From NCBI GenBank assembly GCA_035486495.1, contig DATHNB010000370.1, positions 2,588 through 66,587 of the forward strand: 64,000 bases of DNA, in the 5' to 3' direction. Source of the DNA: Ferruginibacter sp. (GTDB lineage: Bacteria > Bacteroidota > Bacteroidia > Chitinophagales > Chitinophagaceae). Below the pieces are notes generated by a model that saw only the letters and a program-made list of their open reading frames with translations, did no database searches and was not told the origin of the DNA. Positions 26,347 to 36,446 of the stretch are shown piece by piece (the first letter of the stretch is position 1; each line of letters begins with the position of its first letter). Made by a program: the position numbers and the translations under genes.

Positions 26347-29300
26347 ATGAATAAGAATTCGGGACAAATATTTCAGACCAACAGTGTTACTCGCTGGAGA
26401 AGCTTTAAATGGACATTTAGAGTATTATTAATAGTTGCCTTGTTTTTGATCGTAGTGATGGTGGTAGCATTGGTAACCGGTGTTAGCCCATCCCCCGTTA
26501 ATATTCAAAATAAAGCAAGGGCGTATGAAAATAAATTGGACCCTTCTAATCCGTTAACATTAGCGAATGCCCAAAACAAAAAGTATAAAGGCTTTAAAAG
26601 CTTTTTGTTTAAAAGAATTAAAGAAGATTCTCTTAGAAATCTAGCTTCTTTACAAAAAGGAAATACACCTCAATTACCTTTTATACGTGCAGGTTTTTAT
26701 ACTCCCTGGACAAGAAAGACATCTTTACCAGATATTCAAAAAAATGGCGATAAGCTAAATACTATTTTTCCTGAATGGTTTTTTATTGATAATAAAAACT
26801 TCGCCCTGCAATCAAGAATTGATAGCGAAGGGTTGGCTGTGATGAGAGGAAAGGGATTGCGCATAATGCCGATGCTTACGAACTACAGTTCTCAAAAAGG
26901 AGATTTTGATGGCAAGCTTTTGCACCTCATATTAACCGATACTGTAAGACAAAAGGTATTTATCAATAATCTTGTTGATACATTATCATTTTACAATTTC
27001 CAGGGAATAAATATTGATTTTGAAGATATTCTGGAGCCAACCAATGAACCGCTTACTCATTTTCAAAAAAGATTATACGAAGCGCTACATGCAAAAAATA
27101 TGACGGTTACAATGGATGTAAGCGTTATGAACGATGATTATGATTATGCGAAACTGTCGGATTATAACGATTACATTGTTTTAATGGCGTATGATCAACA
27201 TAGTGATACGACTGCGATAGGGCCTATCAGCGCGCAAAAATGGATAGAAGAAGCGTTAGACTGGACTGCTAAAAGGATTAGTAGCAAAAAAATAATTTTA
27301 GGTGTTGCAGGATACGGATATGATTGGACAAGGGATGAGGATAATGATAATAAGCCGATTGTAAGAGATTTGACTTATATGGAAGCTATTAATAGAGCCA
27401 AAATAGCTAACGTAAAAATTAATTATGATGATGATACCTATAATTTGCATTACAGCTATATAGAAGAAAGTACAGATGACAGCACGGGAGAAGTTACAAG
27501 AACACCGCATCATATTTGGTTTACCGATGCTGCAACTGCATTCAATGTACTTCGATTTAGTGATGAATATTCTACTGCTGGTACTGCTCTATGGCGCCTG
27601 GGTGCAGAAGATCCTAGGATCTGGGAATTTTACAATATCAACTTAAGTAAAACTGCATTACAACAACATCCGTTTGATTTTGATTCACTCGTATCTATTC
27701 CTTATGATGTAAATCAAAAACCAACTTCAACAGGAGAAGGAGAATTACTTAGTATTTTATATACACCTCAACAAGGTAAAATTAATTTGCAGATAGATAG
27801 TTCCGATCTCTTGATATCAGAACAGGATTATGCGGTGTTGCCTTCTGGATATGTCTATGAAAAATTTGCAGAAGATAAAAAGCCTTTAGGGCCAGGTCAT
27901 AAAATAATATTAACTTTTGATGATGGTCCGAGTGCGGAGTTTACACCTCAGGTCTTAAATATTCTTGAAAAAGATAAGATCCCCGCAACCTTTTTTGTTA
28001 TTGGGTTAAATGCCGAACAAAATATTCCTTTACTACAGCGTGAATACAGAGATGGATTTGAAATAGGCAATCACACATTTACGCATCATAATATTGCTGA
28101 GATGAGTCCTGAAAGGGCTGAGCTGGAAATGAAATCCACCCGGCTTTTAATTGAAAGCATTACGGGGCATTCTACTATTTTATTTAGGGCTCCTTATAAT
28201 GCGGATAGTGAGCCGCAAACGTATGAGGAAATTGAACCTATAGCAAGGGCAAAGAAAGATAATTATATTACTGTTGGTGAAAGTATTGATCCTAATGATT
28301 GGGAAGTTGGTGTGAGCGCTGATAGTATTGTTGCAAGAACAATACGTTTAGCTGTATCTACAGATGCCAATATAATATTATTGCATGATGCAGGTGGCAC
28401 TACAAGAGAAGAAACAATCAAAGCTTTGCCGAGAATTATTGATTATTTTCAAAAAAGAGGTTGCGTATTTACAAGTATTGCCGATTTGATGGGCAAGACA
28501 AGGGCGGATGTAATGCCGGCACTTCCACCAAGTCAGGATAGCTGGATGCGCGATTTTAATTTCTTTTTTGCGGAAGCAACATATTGGGCCAGCCATATTT
28601 TATTTGCATTATTTCTTGTAGGGATAGCTTTATCAATGGGCAGAATGGCTGTAATGGCTTTATTGGCAGCGATACAAAAGAAACGCGAAAGAGAAGCTGC
28701 AGAAGCAGGAATTGCTTCCTGGCCAAATGGCCAATTGCCTTCTGTTAGTATTATTGTTCCTGCGTATAACGAAGAAGTAAATGCGGTAAGAACCATTCAA
28801 AGTTTATTAATGCAGGATTATCCTAATCTTCAAATTGTATTTGTTGATGATGGGAGTAAGGATGGAACATTTACTATTGTAGAAGACGCGTTTAAAAACA
28901 CACCTAACGTATATGTGTATACGAAAGAAAATGGAGGTAAAGCTTCTGCATTAAATGTTGGTATTGAAAAAGCGACGAGCGAATTCGTAGTATGTATAGA
29001 TGCAGATACGCAATTGAAAACAGATGCTGTTTCCAAATTGATGGAAAAATTTCTTCCACCATTACATTCAGCAAAACCATTTATAAAGGTTGGTGCGGTA
29101 GCAGGAAATGTGAAAGTAGGTAATGAAGTGAATATGATAACAAGATGGCAGAGTATTGAATACATTACTTCTCAAAACTTTGACAGGCGGGCTTTTGATC
29201 TATTAAATGCTATCACAGTTGTGCCGGGTGCAATTGGCGCTTTTAGAAAAGACGCGATAATAGAAGCGGGAAATTTTACTACAGATACATTAGCAGAAGA

Positions 29301-29856
29301 TTGCGACCTTACGATGCGTTTGCTTAGGAAAGGATATGTTGTTCGCAATTGCAACGATGCTGTTTCTTACACGGAAGCGCCTGAAACAATGACGCAGTTT
29401 ATGAAACAACGTTTTCGCTGGAGCTTTGGTGTAATACAATGTTTTTGGAAGCACCGCGATGCCGTGTTTAATAATAAGTATAAGAGTTTTGGGATGGTGG
29501 CATTACCTAATATCTTCATCTTTCAAATAATACTACCTTTTCTTGCGCCGTTGGCAGATCTGTTTTTATTGTTGAGTTTAATTGCAGCGGGCCTTGGTAT
29601 TATTCCCGCAAGCGTTGATCATATTTTGTTATACTATTTTGTTTTCACAATGGTTGACGTTATGGGAGCAGCACTGGCCTTTGCATTCGAAAAAGAAGAT
29701 TACACAAAGCTTATCTGGTTAATTCCTCAACGTTTAATTTACCGCCAGCTCATGTACTATATTCTTATAAAATCATTCAACAAGGCTATTAAAGGGGAGC
29801 TACAGGGCTGGGGGGCATTAAAGCGCACAGGTAATGTCAAAACGACAACGGCTTAA
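26347..29856 (+). CDS. Trifunctional GH18 hydrolase / polysaccharide deacetylase / processive GT2 synthase membrane protein
   Basis: GH18 GINIDFE; NodB motifs TFDDGP, GNHTFTH, FRAPY, LLHD; GT2 motifs DDGSKD, GGKASALN, DAD, TLAED, QRFRW. ATG 26347 is preferred over TTG 26338. Confidence 0.9.
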   Translation: MNKNSGQIFQTNSVTRWRSFKWTFRVLLIVALFLIVVMVVALVTGVSPSPVNIQNKARAYENKLDPSNPLTLANAQNKKYKGFKSFLFKRIKEDSLRNLASLQKGNTPQLPFIRAGFYTPWTRKTSLPDIQKNGDKLNTIFPEWFFIDNKNFALQSRIDSEGLAVMRGKGLRIMPMLTNYSSQKGDFDGKLLHLILTDTVRQKVFINNLVDTLSFYNFQGINIDFEDILEPTNEPLTHFQKRLYEALHAKNMTVTMDVSVMNDDYDYAKLSDYNDYIVLMAYDQHSDTTAIGPISAQKWIEEALDWTAKRISSKKIILGVAGYGYDWTRDEDNDNKPIVRDLTYMEAINRAKIANVKINYDDDTYNLHYSYIEESTDDSTGEVTRTPHHIWFTDAATAFNVLRFSDEYSTAGTALWRLGAEDPRIWEFYNINLSKTALQQHPFDFDSLVSIPYDVNQKPTSTGEGELLSILYTPQQGKINLQIDSSDLLISEQDYAVLPSGYVYEKFAEDKKPLGPGHKIILTFDDGPSAEFTPQVLNILEKDKIPATFFVIGLNAEQNIPLLQREYRDGFEIGNHTFTHHNIAEMSPERAELEMKSTRLLIESITGHSTILFRAPYNADSEPQTYEEIEPIARAKKDNYITVGESIDPNDWEVGVSADSIVARTIRLAVSTDANIILLHDAGGTTREETIKALPRIIDYFQKRGCVFTSIADLMGKTRADVMPALPPSQDSWMRDFNFFFAEATYWASHILFALFLVGIALSMGRMAVMALLAAIQKKREREAAEAGIASWPNGQLPSVSIIVPAYNEEVNAVRTIQSLLMQDYPNLQIVFVDDGSKDGTFTIVEDAFKNTPNVYVYTKENGGKASALNVGIEKATSEFVVCIDADTQLKTDAVSKLMEKFLPPLHSAKPFIKVGAVAGNVKVGNEVNMITRWQSIEYITSQNFDRRAFDLLNAITVVPGAIGAFRKDAIIEAGNFTTDTLAEDCDLTMRLLRKGYVVRNCNDAVSYTEAPETMTQFMKQRFRWSFGVIQCFWKHRDAVFNNKYKSFGMVALPNIFIFQIILPFLAPLADLFLLLSLIAAGLGIIPASVDHILLYYFVFTMVDVMGAALAFAFEKEDYTKLIWLIPQRLIYRQLMYYILIKSFNKAIKGELQGWGALKRTGNVKTTTA

Positions 29857-29885
29857 TAACCTGGATACTAATAAAAAAAGAGTTT

Positions 29886-29911
29886 TACTTTTGCACCTTG
29901 AATGTGCAAAA
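29886..29911 (+). promoter_or_regulatory. tatC -7 element overlapped by a palindrome
   Basis: TACTTTTG (29886-93); TTTTGCAC-N7-GTGCAAAA (29889-29911). Confidence 0.5.
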
Positions 29912-29939
29912 CACCGCGGTAAATATTTAATACACAACA

Positions 29940-30821
29940 TTGGCAACCTCAACAGATAGAAAATCATTTTTTAACAGGCTTGGTGGCAAACCGGGCAATG
30001 AGAAAGCAGAGATGACCTTCTTTGATCATATCGAAGAATTGCGCTGGCATATTCTGCGTAGTGTTATTGCATGGCTAACAGGAGCCGTTATAATCTTTAT
30101 TTATATAGATTGGATATTTGATAACTTGATATTAGCGCCAACCATGCAGGGGTTTTATACCTATGGTGCATTATGCAGGCTGGGGCATTTTCTTCATTTG
30201 GGTGATAGCCTTTGTATGCCGGCAGTTAAAATAAATTTACAGGTAACCAATGTAAATGGAACTTTTACATCAGCATTAAATATTGCTACTATTGGGGGAT
30301 TAATTGTTGCGCTTCCCTATATTTTTTGGGAACTATGGCGCTTTATTAAACCGGCTTTATCACCTAAAGAAAGAAAATACGGAACAGGAAGCGTTTTTTG
30401 GGTATCCTTTTGTTTCTTTTTAGGTGGATTATTTGGCTACTATATACTGGCACCCTTTACATTTAATTTTTTGGCAGGTTTTACATTGGGTAAATCGGGT
30501 ATTATCCAATACCGCCCGTCTATCAATGATTATATTGATAGCTTAACCAATTTAATATTAGGATGCGGTATTGCATTTGAGTTACCTGTTATTTGTTATG
30601 TATTAGCAAAACTGGGATTGATATCAGGAACCTTTTTAAAAAAATATTTCAAATTTGCTTTTGTAATAATTTTAGTGGTAGCGGCAATCATAACACCATC
30701 TCCTGATTGGATCAGTCAGTTTATTGTAGCATTGCCGTTATTTGTTTTATACTGGATCAGTATTTTATTAGCATCCAATGTAGAAAATAAAAGAGAGAAA
30801 AAAGAAAAGGAATGGAGTTAA
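29940..30821 (+). CDS. tatC: Twin-arginine translocase subunit TatC
   Basis: EMTFFDHIEELRW, WRFIKPAL, FELP and AAIITPSPD; TTG start. Confidence 0.95.
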   Translation: MATSTDRKSFFNRLGGKPGNEKAEMTFFDHIEELRWHILRSVIAWLTGAVIIFIYIDWIFDNLILAPTMQGFYTYGALCRLGHFLHLGDSLCMPAVKINLQVTNVNGTFTSALNIATIGGLIVALPYIFWELWRFIKPALSPKERKYGTGSVFWVSFCFFLGGLFGYYILAPFTFNFLAGFTLGKSGIIQYRPSINDYIDSLTNLILGCGIAFELPVICYVLAKLGLISGTFLKKYFKFAFVIILVVAAIITPSPDWISQFIVALPLFVLYWISILLASNVENKREKKEKEWS

Positions 30822-30870
30822 ATCAATAAAATAAAACGTGTTTAATTTTATATAATTATCAATTAAAAAT

Positions 30871-31323
30871 ATGTCGGCAACTTTCAATCTAAGTAAACCA
30901 ATTGCTATCGGCTGCGATCATGCGGGATTTGAATATAAAGAAGCGCTGCTTTCTTTTTTTAAAGCAGAAGGATTAACTTATAAAGATTATGGAACTTACT
31001 CAAAAGATTCTGTAGATTATCCGGACTTTGCACACCCGGTAGCATCAGCTGTTGAAGATGGCGAAGCTGCTTTTGGTATTTTATTGTGCGGGAGTGCAAA
31101 TGGTGTTGCCATTACAGCCAATAAACATCAGGGCGTAAGGGCTGCCATTTGTTGGGCAGAAGAATTAGCTAGCTTAGCAAGGCAACATAATAGCGCCAAT
31201 ATTATTTGTATCCCTTGCAGGTTTGTAGAAGAAGCTGTTGCAAAAAAGATGGTGAGCCTATTTATGAAAACCTCATTTGAAGCTGGGCGCCATCAAAACC
31301 GTGTTGATAAGATTGCTTGTTAA
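30871..31323 (+). CDS. rpiB: Ribose-5-phosphate isomerase B
   Basis: GCDHAG, DYPD, CGSANG, ARQHN and GRHQNRV. Confidence 0.94.
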   Translation: MSATFNLSKPIAIGCDHAGFEYKEALLSFFKAEGLTYKDYGTYSKDSVDYPDFAHPVASAVEDGEAAFGILLCGSANGVAITANKHQGVRAAICWAEELASLARQHNSANIICIPCRFVEEAVAKKMVSLFMKTSFEAGRHQNRVDKIAC

Positions 31324-31340
31324 TCAATTAAAATATATAG

Positions 31341-31379
31341 TAATAAAAAAGTGAGATAATTTATCTCGCTTTTTTATTA
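31341..31379 (+). terminator. Intrinsic terminator after rpiB
   Basis: TAATAAAAAAGTGAGATAA / TTATCTCGCTTTTTTATTA stem. Confidence 0.8.
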
Positions 31380-31427
31380 ATTAGCTACAAGCATTGATTG
31401 TAATTACTATTGTTTTACTTTTACGCC

Positions 31428-34283
31428 ATGCGAAAGAAATTATTTTTATTAGATGCCATGGCGCTTGTATTTCGTGCTTATTATGCCTTAATTCGTAGCC
31501 CACGTATTACCAGTGCCGGTAGAAATACAAATGCTCAATTTGGGTTCACTAATACGTTAGTTGATTTGATCAATAACCAGCATCCTACACACATGGCTGT
31601 ATGTTTTGATACGCATGCACCTACAGAACGTCATACTGATTTTGCAGATTATAAAGCCAACAGACAAGAAACTCCTGAAGATATTCTCTCATCTATACCG
31701 GATATAAAAAAAATAATTGAAGGATTTAATATTCCTGTAATTGCCATTGATGGTTATGAAGCGGATGACGTGATTGGCGCACTTGCAAAACAAGCGGAGA
31801 AAGCAGGCTATGAAGTTTTTATGGTTACGCCGGATAAAGATTATGGACAATTAGTTTCAGAAAATATCAAAATATATAAACCACCTTATCAGGGCGGTAA
31901 TTTTGAAATTTTAGGTCCAGCTGAGGTTTGCGCAAAATGGGATATACAAAGCGTTGATCAGGTAATTGATATTTTAGGATTAATGGGAGATTCGGTAGAT
32001 AATATTCCCGGCATTCCCGGCGTAGGAGAAAAGACTGCAGCCAAATTATTAAAGGAATATCACACATTAGAAAATGTATTAGAGAATGCGGATAAAATAA
32101 AAGGTGCGTTAGGAGAAAAAGTACGCAACGGAAAAGAACTAGCGATAATGAGTAAAAAGTTAGCCACAATTATTGTTGATGTTCCTGTTGAATTTCATGA
32201 AGAAGATTTCAGAATAAAAGAACAGAATAAAGATGCATTAAGAGAAGTATTTACCGAACTGGAATTCAGACAAATTAGCAAGCGTGTTTTGGGTGAAGAA
32301 ATTTCATTGGCTGCAAGTAGTAAAACGGCGGCAGCTGAAAATGTTCAGATGGATTTATTTGGCAACCCTATTGAAGCGCCAAAAGTAAAGGCACCAAATC
32401 TTACTGAAAATATTGATGCAACAGATAGTAATGAAGGTGAATTTAATACAGGAATTGTTACAGATAAAAATATACATAATACACCACATGATTATACTCT
32501 AGTTGAAACAGAAGCAGACATTCTGCAACTAGTTAATTTATTGAAACAGCATACTGAAATATGTTTTGATAGTGAAACAACAGGCATTGATGCAAATGAT
32601 GCAGAACTGGTTGGTTTAAGTTTTTCTGTTAAAACTGGCGAAGGCTATTATGTTCCTTGTCCTGTTGATAAAGAAGATTGTCTTGCGTTACTGAATAACT
32701 TTCAGAATTTGTTTAAGGATGAAAGTAAAACATGGATAGGTCAGAATATTAAATACGATATGCTGATATTGAAATGGTACGGCATGGAGTTATGTGGTGA
32801 TACTTTTGATACAATGTTAGCACATTATGTAATTGAGCCAGATGGTAAAAGAAGTATGGATCTGCTAAGCGCAAAATATCTAGGTTACGAACCTGTTCAT
32901 ATAGAAGAGCTGATTGGAAAAAAAGGCAAAGCTCAAGGCAATATGCGTGATGTGGAACTGGAAAAAATAAAAGAATATGCCGCTGAAGATGCCGACATTA
33001 CTTTACAATTAAAAAATATTTTTCTTCCTCAATTAAAAACAAAAGAAGTTGAAAAGGTTTTTTATGAAGTAGAAAATCCTTTGGTGAAAGTATTGACGGA
33101 TATGGAGTTTGAAGGAATAAGAATTGATGAGGATTTCTTAAGAAATTATTCCAAAGAATTAGAGATCGTTGCCAAACAAAGCGAAGAAAGTGTGTATGAA
33201 CAAGCCGGGGTTCGTTTTAATTTAGCATCACCAAAACAATTGGGCGAAGTCTTGTTTGAAAAAATGCAATTGGATCCTAAAGCTAAAAAAACAAAAACGG
33301 GTCAGTACGCAACGGGCGAAGATGTATTGGCAAAGCTCGCAACCAAACATAAAATATGTGATGATATTTTAACTTTCCGAGAGTTAACAAAATTAAAATC
33401 AACTTATGTAGATGCGCTTCCTGAAATGATCAATAAAAAAACGGGCCGCATTCATACATCTTACGCACAAGCTGTTGCTGTTACAGGAAGATTAAGCAGT
33501 AATAATCCTAACCTGCAAAATATTCCTATACGTACGGAAAAAGGAAGAGAGATCAGAAAAGCATTTATTCCAAGAGACGAAAATCATGTTTTAATAAGCG
33601 CCGATTATTCTCAAATTGAATTACGAATTGTTGCAGGAATTAGCGGTGATGTAAATATGTGTGCTGCTTTTAAAAGCGGTTTAGATATTCATACGGCAAC
33701 TGCTGCAAAAATTTTTAATGTTGATGAAAAAGATGTTACCAAAGAAATGCGCTATAAAGCAAAGAGCGTAAACTTTGGTATTATATACGGACAAGGTGCA
33801 TTCGGATTAGCAGAAAATTTAGGTATTCCAAGAGCAGAAGCAAAAGAGATCATCGATAATTATAAAAAGCAGTTTCCTAACATCCAGAAATATATGGATG
33901 ATACGATCAACTCCGCTAAGGAAATGGGTTATGTTGAAACGCTGATGGGGCGTAAGCGCTGGTTAAAAGATATCAATAGTGCCAACTTCACTGTTCGTGG
34001 TTTTGCTGAACGAAATGCGATCAACTCCCCGATTCAGGGTACGGCGGCAGATATGATAAAGCTGGCAATGATCAAAATTCATCAGGAATTTAAAAAGAAC
34101 AATTTCAAATCGAAGATGTTATTGCAGGTGCATGATGAATTGGTATTTGATGCACACAAAGAAGAAGTTGAAATAATAAAACCTGTTATTTTACATTGTA
34201 TGCAAACAGCATTGCTATTGCCAAATGATGTACCGACTAATGCAGAAATTGGTGTGGGAGAAAATTGGTTAGCGGCACATTAA
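31428..34283 (+). CDS. polA: DNA polymerase I
   Basis: 5' nuclease (EADDVIG, DNIPGIPGVGEKTA), 3'-5' exo (FDSET), motif A ADYSQIELR, motif B RYKAKSVNFGIIYG, motif C VHDEL. ATG 31428. Confidence 0.97.
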   Translation: MRKKLFLLDAMALVFRAYYALIRSPRITSAGRNTNAQFGFTNTLVDLINNQHPTHMAVCFDTHAPTERHTDFADYKANRQETPEDILSSIPDIKKIIEGFNIPVIAIDGYEADDVIGALAKQAEKAGYEVFMVTPDKDYGQLVSENIKIYKPPYQGGNFEILGPAEVCAKWDIQSVDQVIDILGLMGDSVDNIPGIPGVGEKTAAKLLKEYHTLENVLENADKIKGALGEKVRNGKELAIMSKKLATIIVDVPVEFHEEDFRIKEQNKDALREVFTELEFRQISKRVLGEEISLAASSKTAAAENVQMDLFGNPIEAPKVKAPNLTENIDATDSNEGEFNTGIVTDKNIHNTPHDYTLVETEADILQLVNLLKQHTEICFDSETTGIDANDAELVGLSFSVKTGEGYYVPCPVDKEDCLALLNNFQNLFKDESKTWIGQNIKYDMLILKWYGMELCGDTFDTMLAHYVIEPDGKRSMDLLSAKYLGYEPVHIEELIGKKGKAQGNMRDVELEKIKEYAAEDADITLQLKNIFLPQLKTKEVEKVFYEVENPLVKVLTDMEFEGIRIDEDFLRNYSKELEIVAKQSEESVYEQAGVRFNLASPKQLGEVLFEKMQLDPKAKKTKTGQYATGEDVLAKLATKHKICDDILTFRELTKLKSTYVDALPEMINKKTGRIHTSYAQAVAVTGRLSSNNPNLQNIPIRTEKGREIRKAFIPRDENHVLISADYSQIELRIVAGISGDVNMCAAFKSGLDIHTATAAKIFNVDEKDVTKEMRYKAKSVNFGIIYGQGAFGLAENLGIPRAEAKEIIDNYKKQFPNIQKYMDDTINSAKEMGYVETLMGRKRWLKDINSANFTVRGFAERNAINSPIQGTAADMIKLAMIKIHQEFKKNNFKSKMLLQVHDELVFDAHKEEVEIIKPVILHCMQTALLLPNDVPTNAEIGVGENWLAAH

Positions 34284-34883
34284 TTATTGAGCGTCTTTCC
34301 ATCCCCATAAATAACGACAAGCATAAGTGCGATAAGGACTCCATTTAATTGATTGTTGTAGCATTTTAATTTTGAATGCTTTCTTATCTGTCATATCTAA
34401 TTTATACAATAACGCAAATCTTTGTTGTATAATGAGATCATCCATTGCGAAAACATCTTCACGACCAAGTGCAAACATTAAGATCATTTCAACGGTCCAT
34501 TTGCCAACGCCTTTTATCTGCGTAAGTTTTTCAATGATTGCTTCATCACTCATCTTATGCAATTTTGCATCGGTCAGTTTTTCTTCAATAAAAAAACGGC
34601 AAACGTTCTGCAAGTAATTTGCTTTCGCATTGCTTAAGCCAACACTACGCAATTTTTCCAAAGGTGTGTCTATTATTTGTTGTGCAGTAGGTTTTCTGTT
34701 TTTATATAGATCTAAAAATCTGCCGTAAATAACTTCTGCAACCCTTGTACTTAGCTGTTGACTTACAATTGATTTGCATAAACTAAGATAGACGTCTTTC
34801 CCTTTTATTAAAGTATAAGGATCCTGGAGAGTAATTATTTCTCTGAGCTTTTTATCTTTTGAGAGATGTTCTATGTGTTGCAT
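34284..34883 (-). CDS. DNA-3-methyladenine glycosylase II (AlkA-like HhH-GPD)
   Basis: SIVSQQLS, KGVGKWTVEM helix-hairpin-helix, DDL and WSPYRTYA. Confidence 0.9.
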   Translation of the reverse strand: MQHIEHLSKDKKLREIITLQDPYTLIKGKDVYLSLCKSIVSQQLSTRVAEVIYGRFLDLYKNRKPTAQQIIDTPLEKLRSVGLSNAKANYLQNVCRFFIEEKLTDAKLHKMSDEAIIEKLTQIKGVGKWTVEMILMFALGREDVFAMDDLIIQQRFALLYKLDMTDKKAFKIKMLQQSIKWSPYRTYACRYLWGWKDAQ

Positions 34884-34898
34884 AAAGAGAAGAATTGA

Positions 34899-34920
34899 CC
34901 TCAGTGTCTCAGTGGTTAAA
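34899..34920 (-). repeat. Solitary TTTAACCACTGAGACACTGAGG repeat end
   Basis: Tandem CACTGAG(A/G) units right after the cysS stop; resembles the CCACAGAGACACAGAG-type repeat ends I associate with small mobile cassettes (recollection, unverified). Confidence 0.4.
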
Positions 34921-34922
34921 AC

Positions 34923-36413
34923 TTAAGCATTACTCCAGCTAACATTACCATCCTTATCATCCTTCAGCTCAATACCTAACCTTGCTAATTGATTTCTTAT
35001 CTTATCAGAAGTAGCATAATCTTTTTTACTTTTTGCCTCACGACGAATATCTATCAATAAATGCATTACGCCTTCTAGAGAATCGCTAGTAGGAGAAGAA
35101 TTTCTCAATCCGAAAATATCTTCTAAATAAACTTTGAAACCTTTTTGCAATAAGGATAAAGTCTCAGCAGAAATGACATTGATATCAATCAGCTTATCTT
35201 TAAACGAATTAATAGTAGATGCCAGCTCGAACATATTCGCCAATATCTTGGCCGTGCTAAAATCATCGTCCATAAATTCATCAAACTCATTTACCATATG
35301 GACGATCTTCTCATTTAACTCAACATCTAATATTGGTTGTCTCGTTTCTGTTATCGTTAATTTCATTAATATCTCATACGCTTCCCATAAACGTTTGAAT
35401 GCTTTTTCAGATGCCTCCAACGCAGTAGAACCAAAGTCCAGTGTACTACGGTAATGACTTTGTAAAATAAAAAACCTGATCGTCATAGCACTAAATCCTT
35501 GTGTTAACAAAGGATGATTGCCACTAAACATCTCTGTTAGTTTGATCTGGTTATTATAACTCTTACCCATCTTCCTTCCATTTACTGTGATCATATTATT
35601 ATGTATCCAGTAACGGGCAGGATTATGATGATTACAAATGGTACTCTGTGCAATTTCACTTTCATGATGGGGAAATTGAAGATCCATTCCACCACCATGA
35701 ATATCAAACTCAGCACCTAAATATTTTGTAGCCATGGCAGAACATTCAATATGCCATCCGGGAAAACCTTCGCCCCACGGACTTACCCAACGCATAATAT
35801 GTTCCGGTGCAGCAGATTTCCATAAAGCAAAATCAGCGCGATCTCTTTTTTCTTCTTGTCCTTCCAATTCTCTTGTTGTTTCAAGCAGGTCATCAATTAT
35901 TCTTCCGCTCAGTTTTCCATAATCATGATGTGCTGCATATTTTTTCACATCAAAATAAACAGATCCATTTACCACATAAGCATATCCTTCTTTAATGATC
36001 TTTTCAATCATTGTTATTTGCTCAACAATATGTCCTGTTGCTGTTGGTTCAATACTTGGTTCGATGCAATTAAATTGCAACATGGCCCAATGAAAAAGAT
36101 TGGTGTATTTCTGCACCAATTCCATCGGCTCCAGTTTTTCTAAAATTGCTTTTTTACCAACTTTATCTTCGGCTTCTCTACCTTCTTCTTCAAAATGTCC
36201 GGCGTCTGTAATATTTCTTACATAGCGTACTTTGTATCCTTTATAAGTCAGGTAACGATACACGATATCAAAAGTTACATAAGGCCTTGCGTGTCCTAAA
36301 TGACTTTCACCACTAACGGTTGGTCCGCACACATACATACCCACATGACCGGGAGTGATAGATTTGAATTCTTCTTTTTGCCTTGTATATGAATTGTAAA
36401 CTTTAAGCGACAT
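34923..36413 (-). CDS. cysS: Cysteine--tRNA ligase
   Basis: YVCGPTV, HLGH (HIGH), PGWHIECS, FPHHESE and KMGKS. Confidence 0.97.
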   Translation of the reverse strand: MSLKVYNSYTRQKEEFKSITPGHVGMYVCGPTVSGESHLGHARPYVTFDIVYRYLTYKGYKVRYVRNITDAGHFEEEGREAEDKVGKKAILEKLEPMELVQKYTNLFHWAMLQFNCIEPSIEPTATGHIVEQITMIEKIIKEGYAYVVNGSVYFDVKKYAAHHDYGKLSGRIIDDLLETTRELEGQEEKRDRADFALWKSAAPEHIMRWVSPWGEGFPGWHIECSAMATKYLGAEFDIHGGGMDLQFPHHESEIAQSTICNHHNPARYWIHNNMITVNGRKMGKSYNNQIKLTEMFSGNHPLLTQGFSAMTIRFFILQSHYRSTLDFGSTALEASEKAFKRLWEAYEILMKLTITETRQPILDVELNEKIVHMVNEFDEFMDDDFSTAKILANMFELASTINSFKDKLIDINVISAETLSLLQKGFKVYLEDIFGLRNSSPTSDSLEGVMHLLIDIRREAKSKKDYATSDKIRNQLARLGIELKDDKDGNVSWSNA

Positions 36414-36446
36414 ATTAATTATTAGAGATTGAAAGCGAATTTAAGG

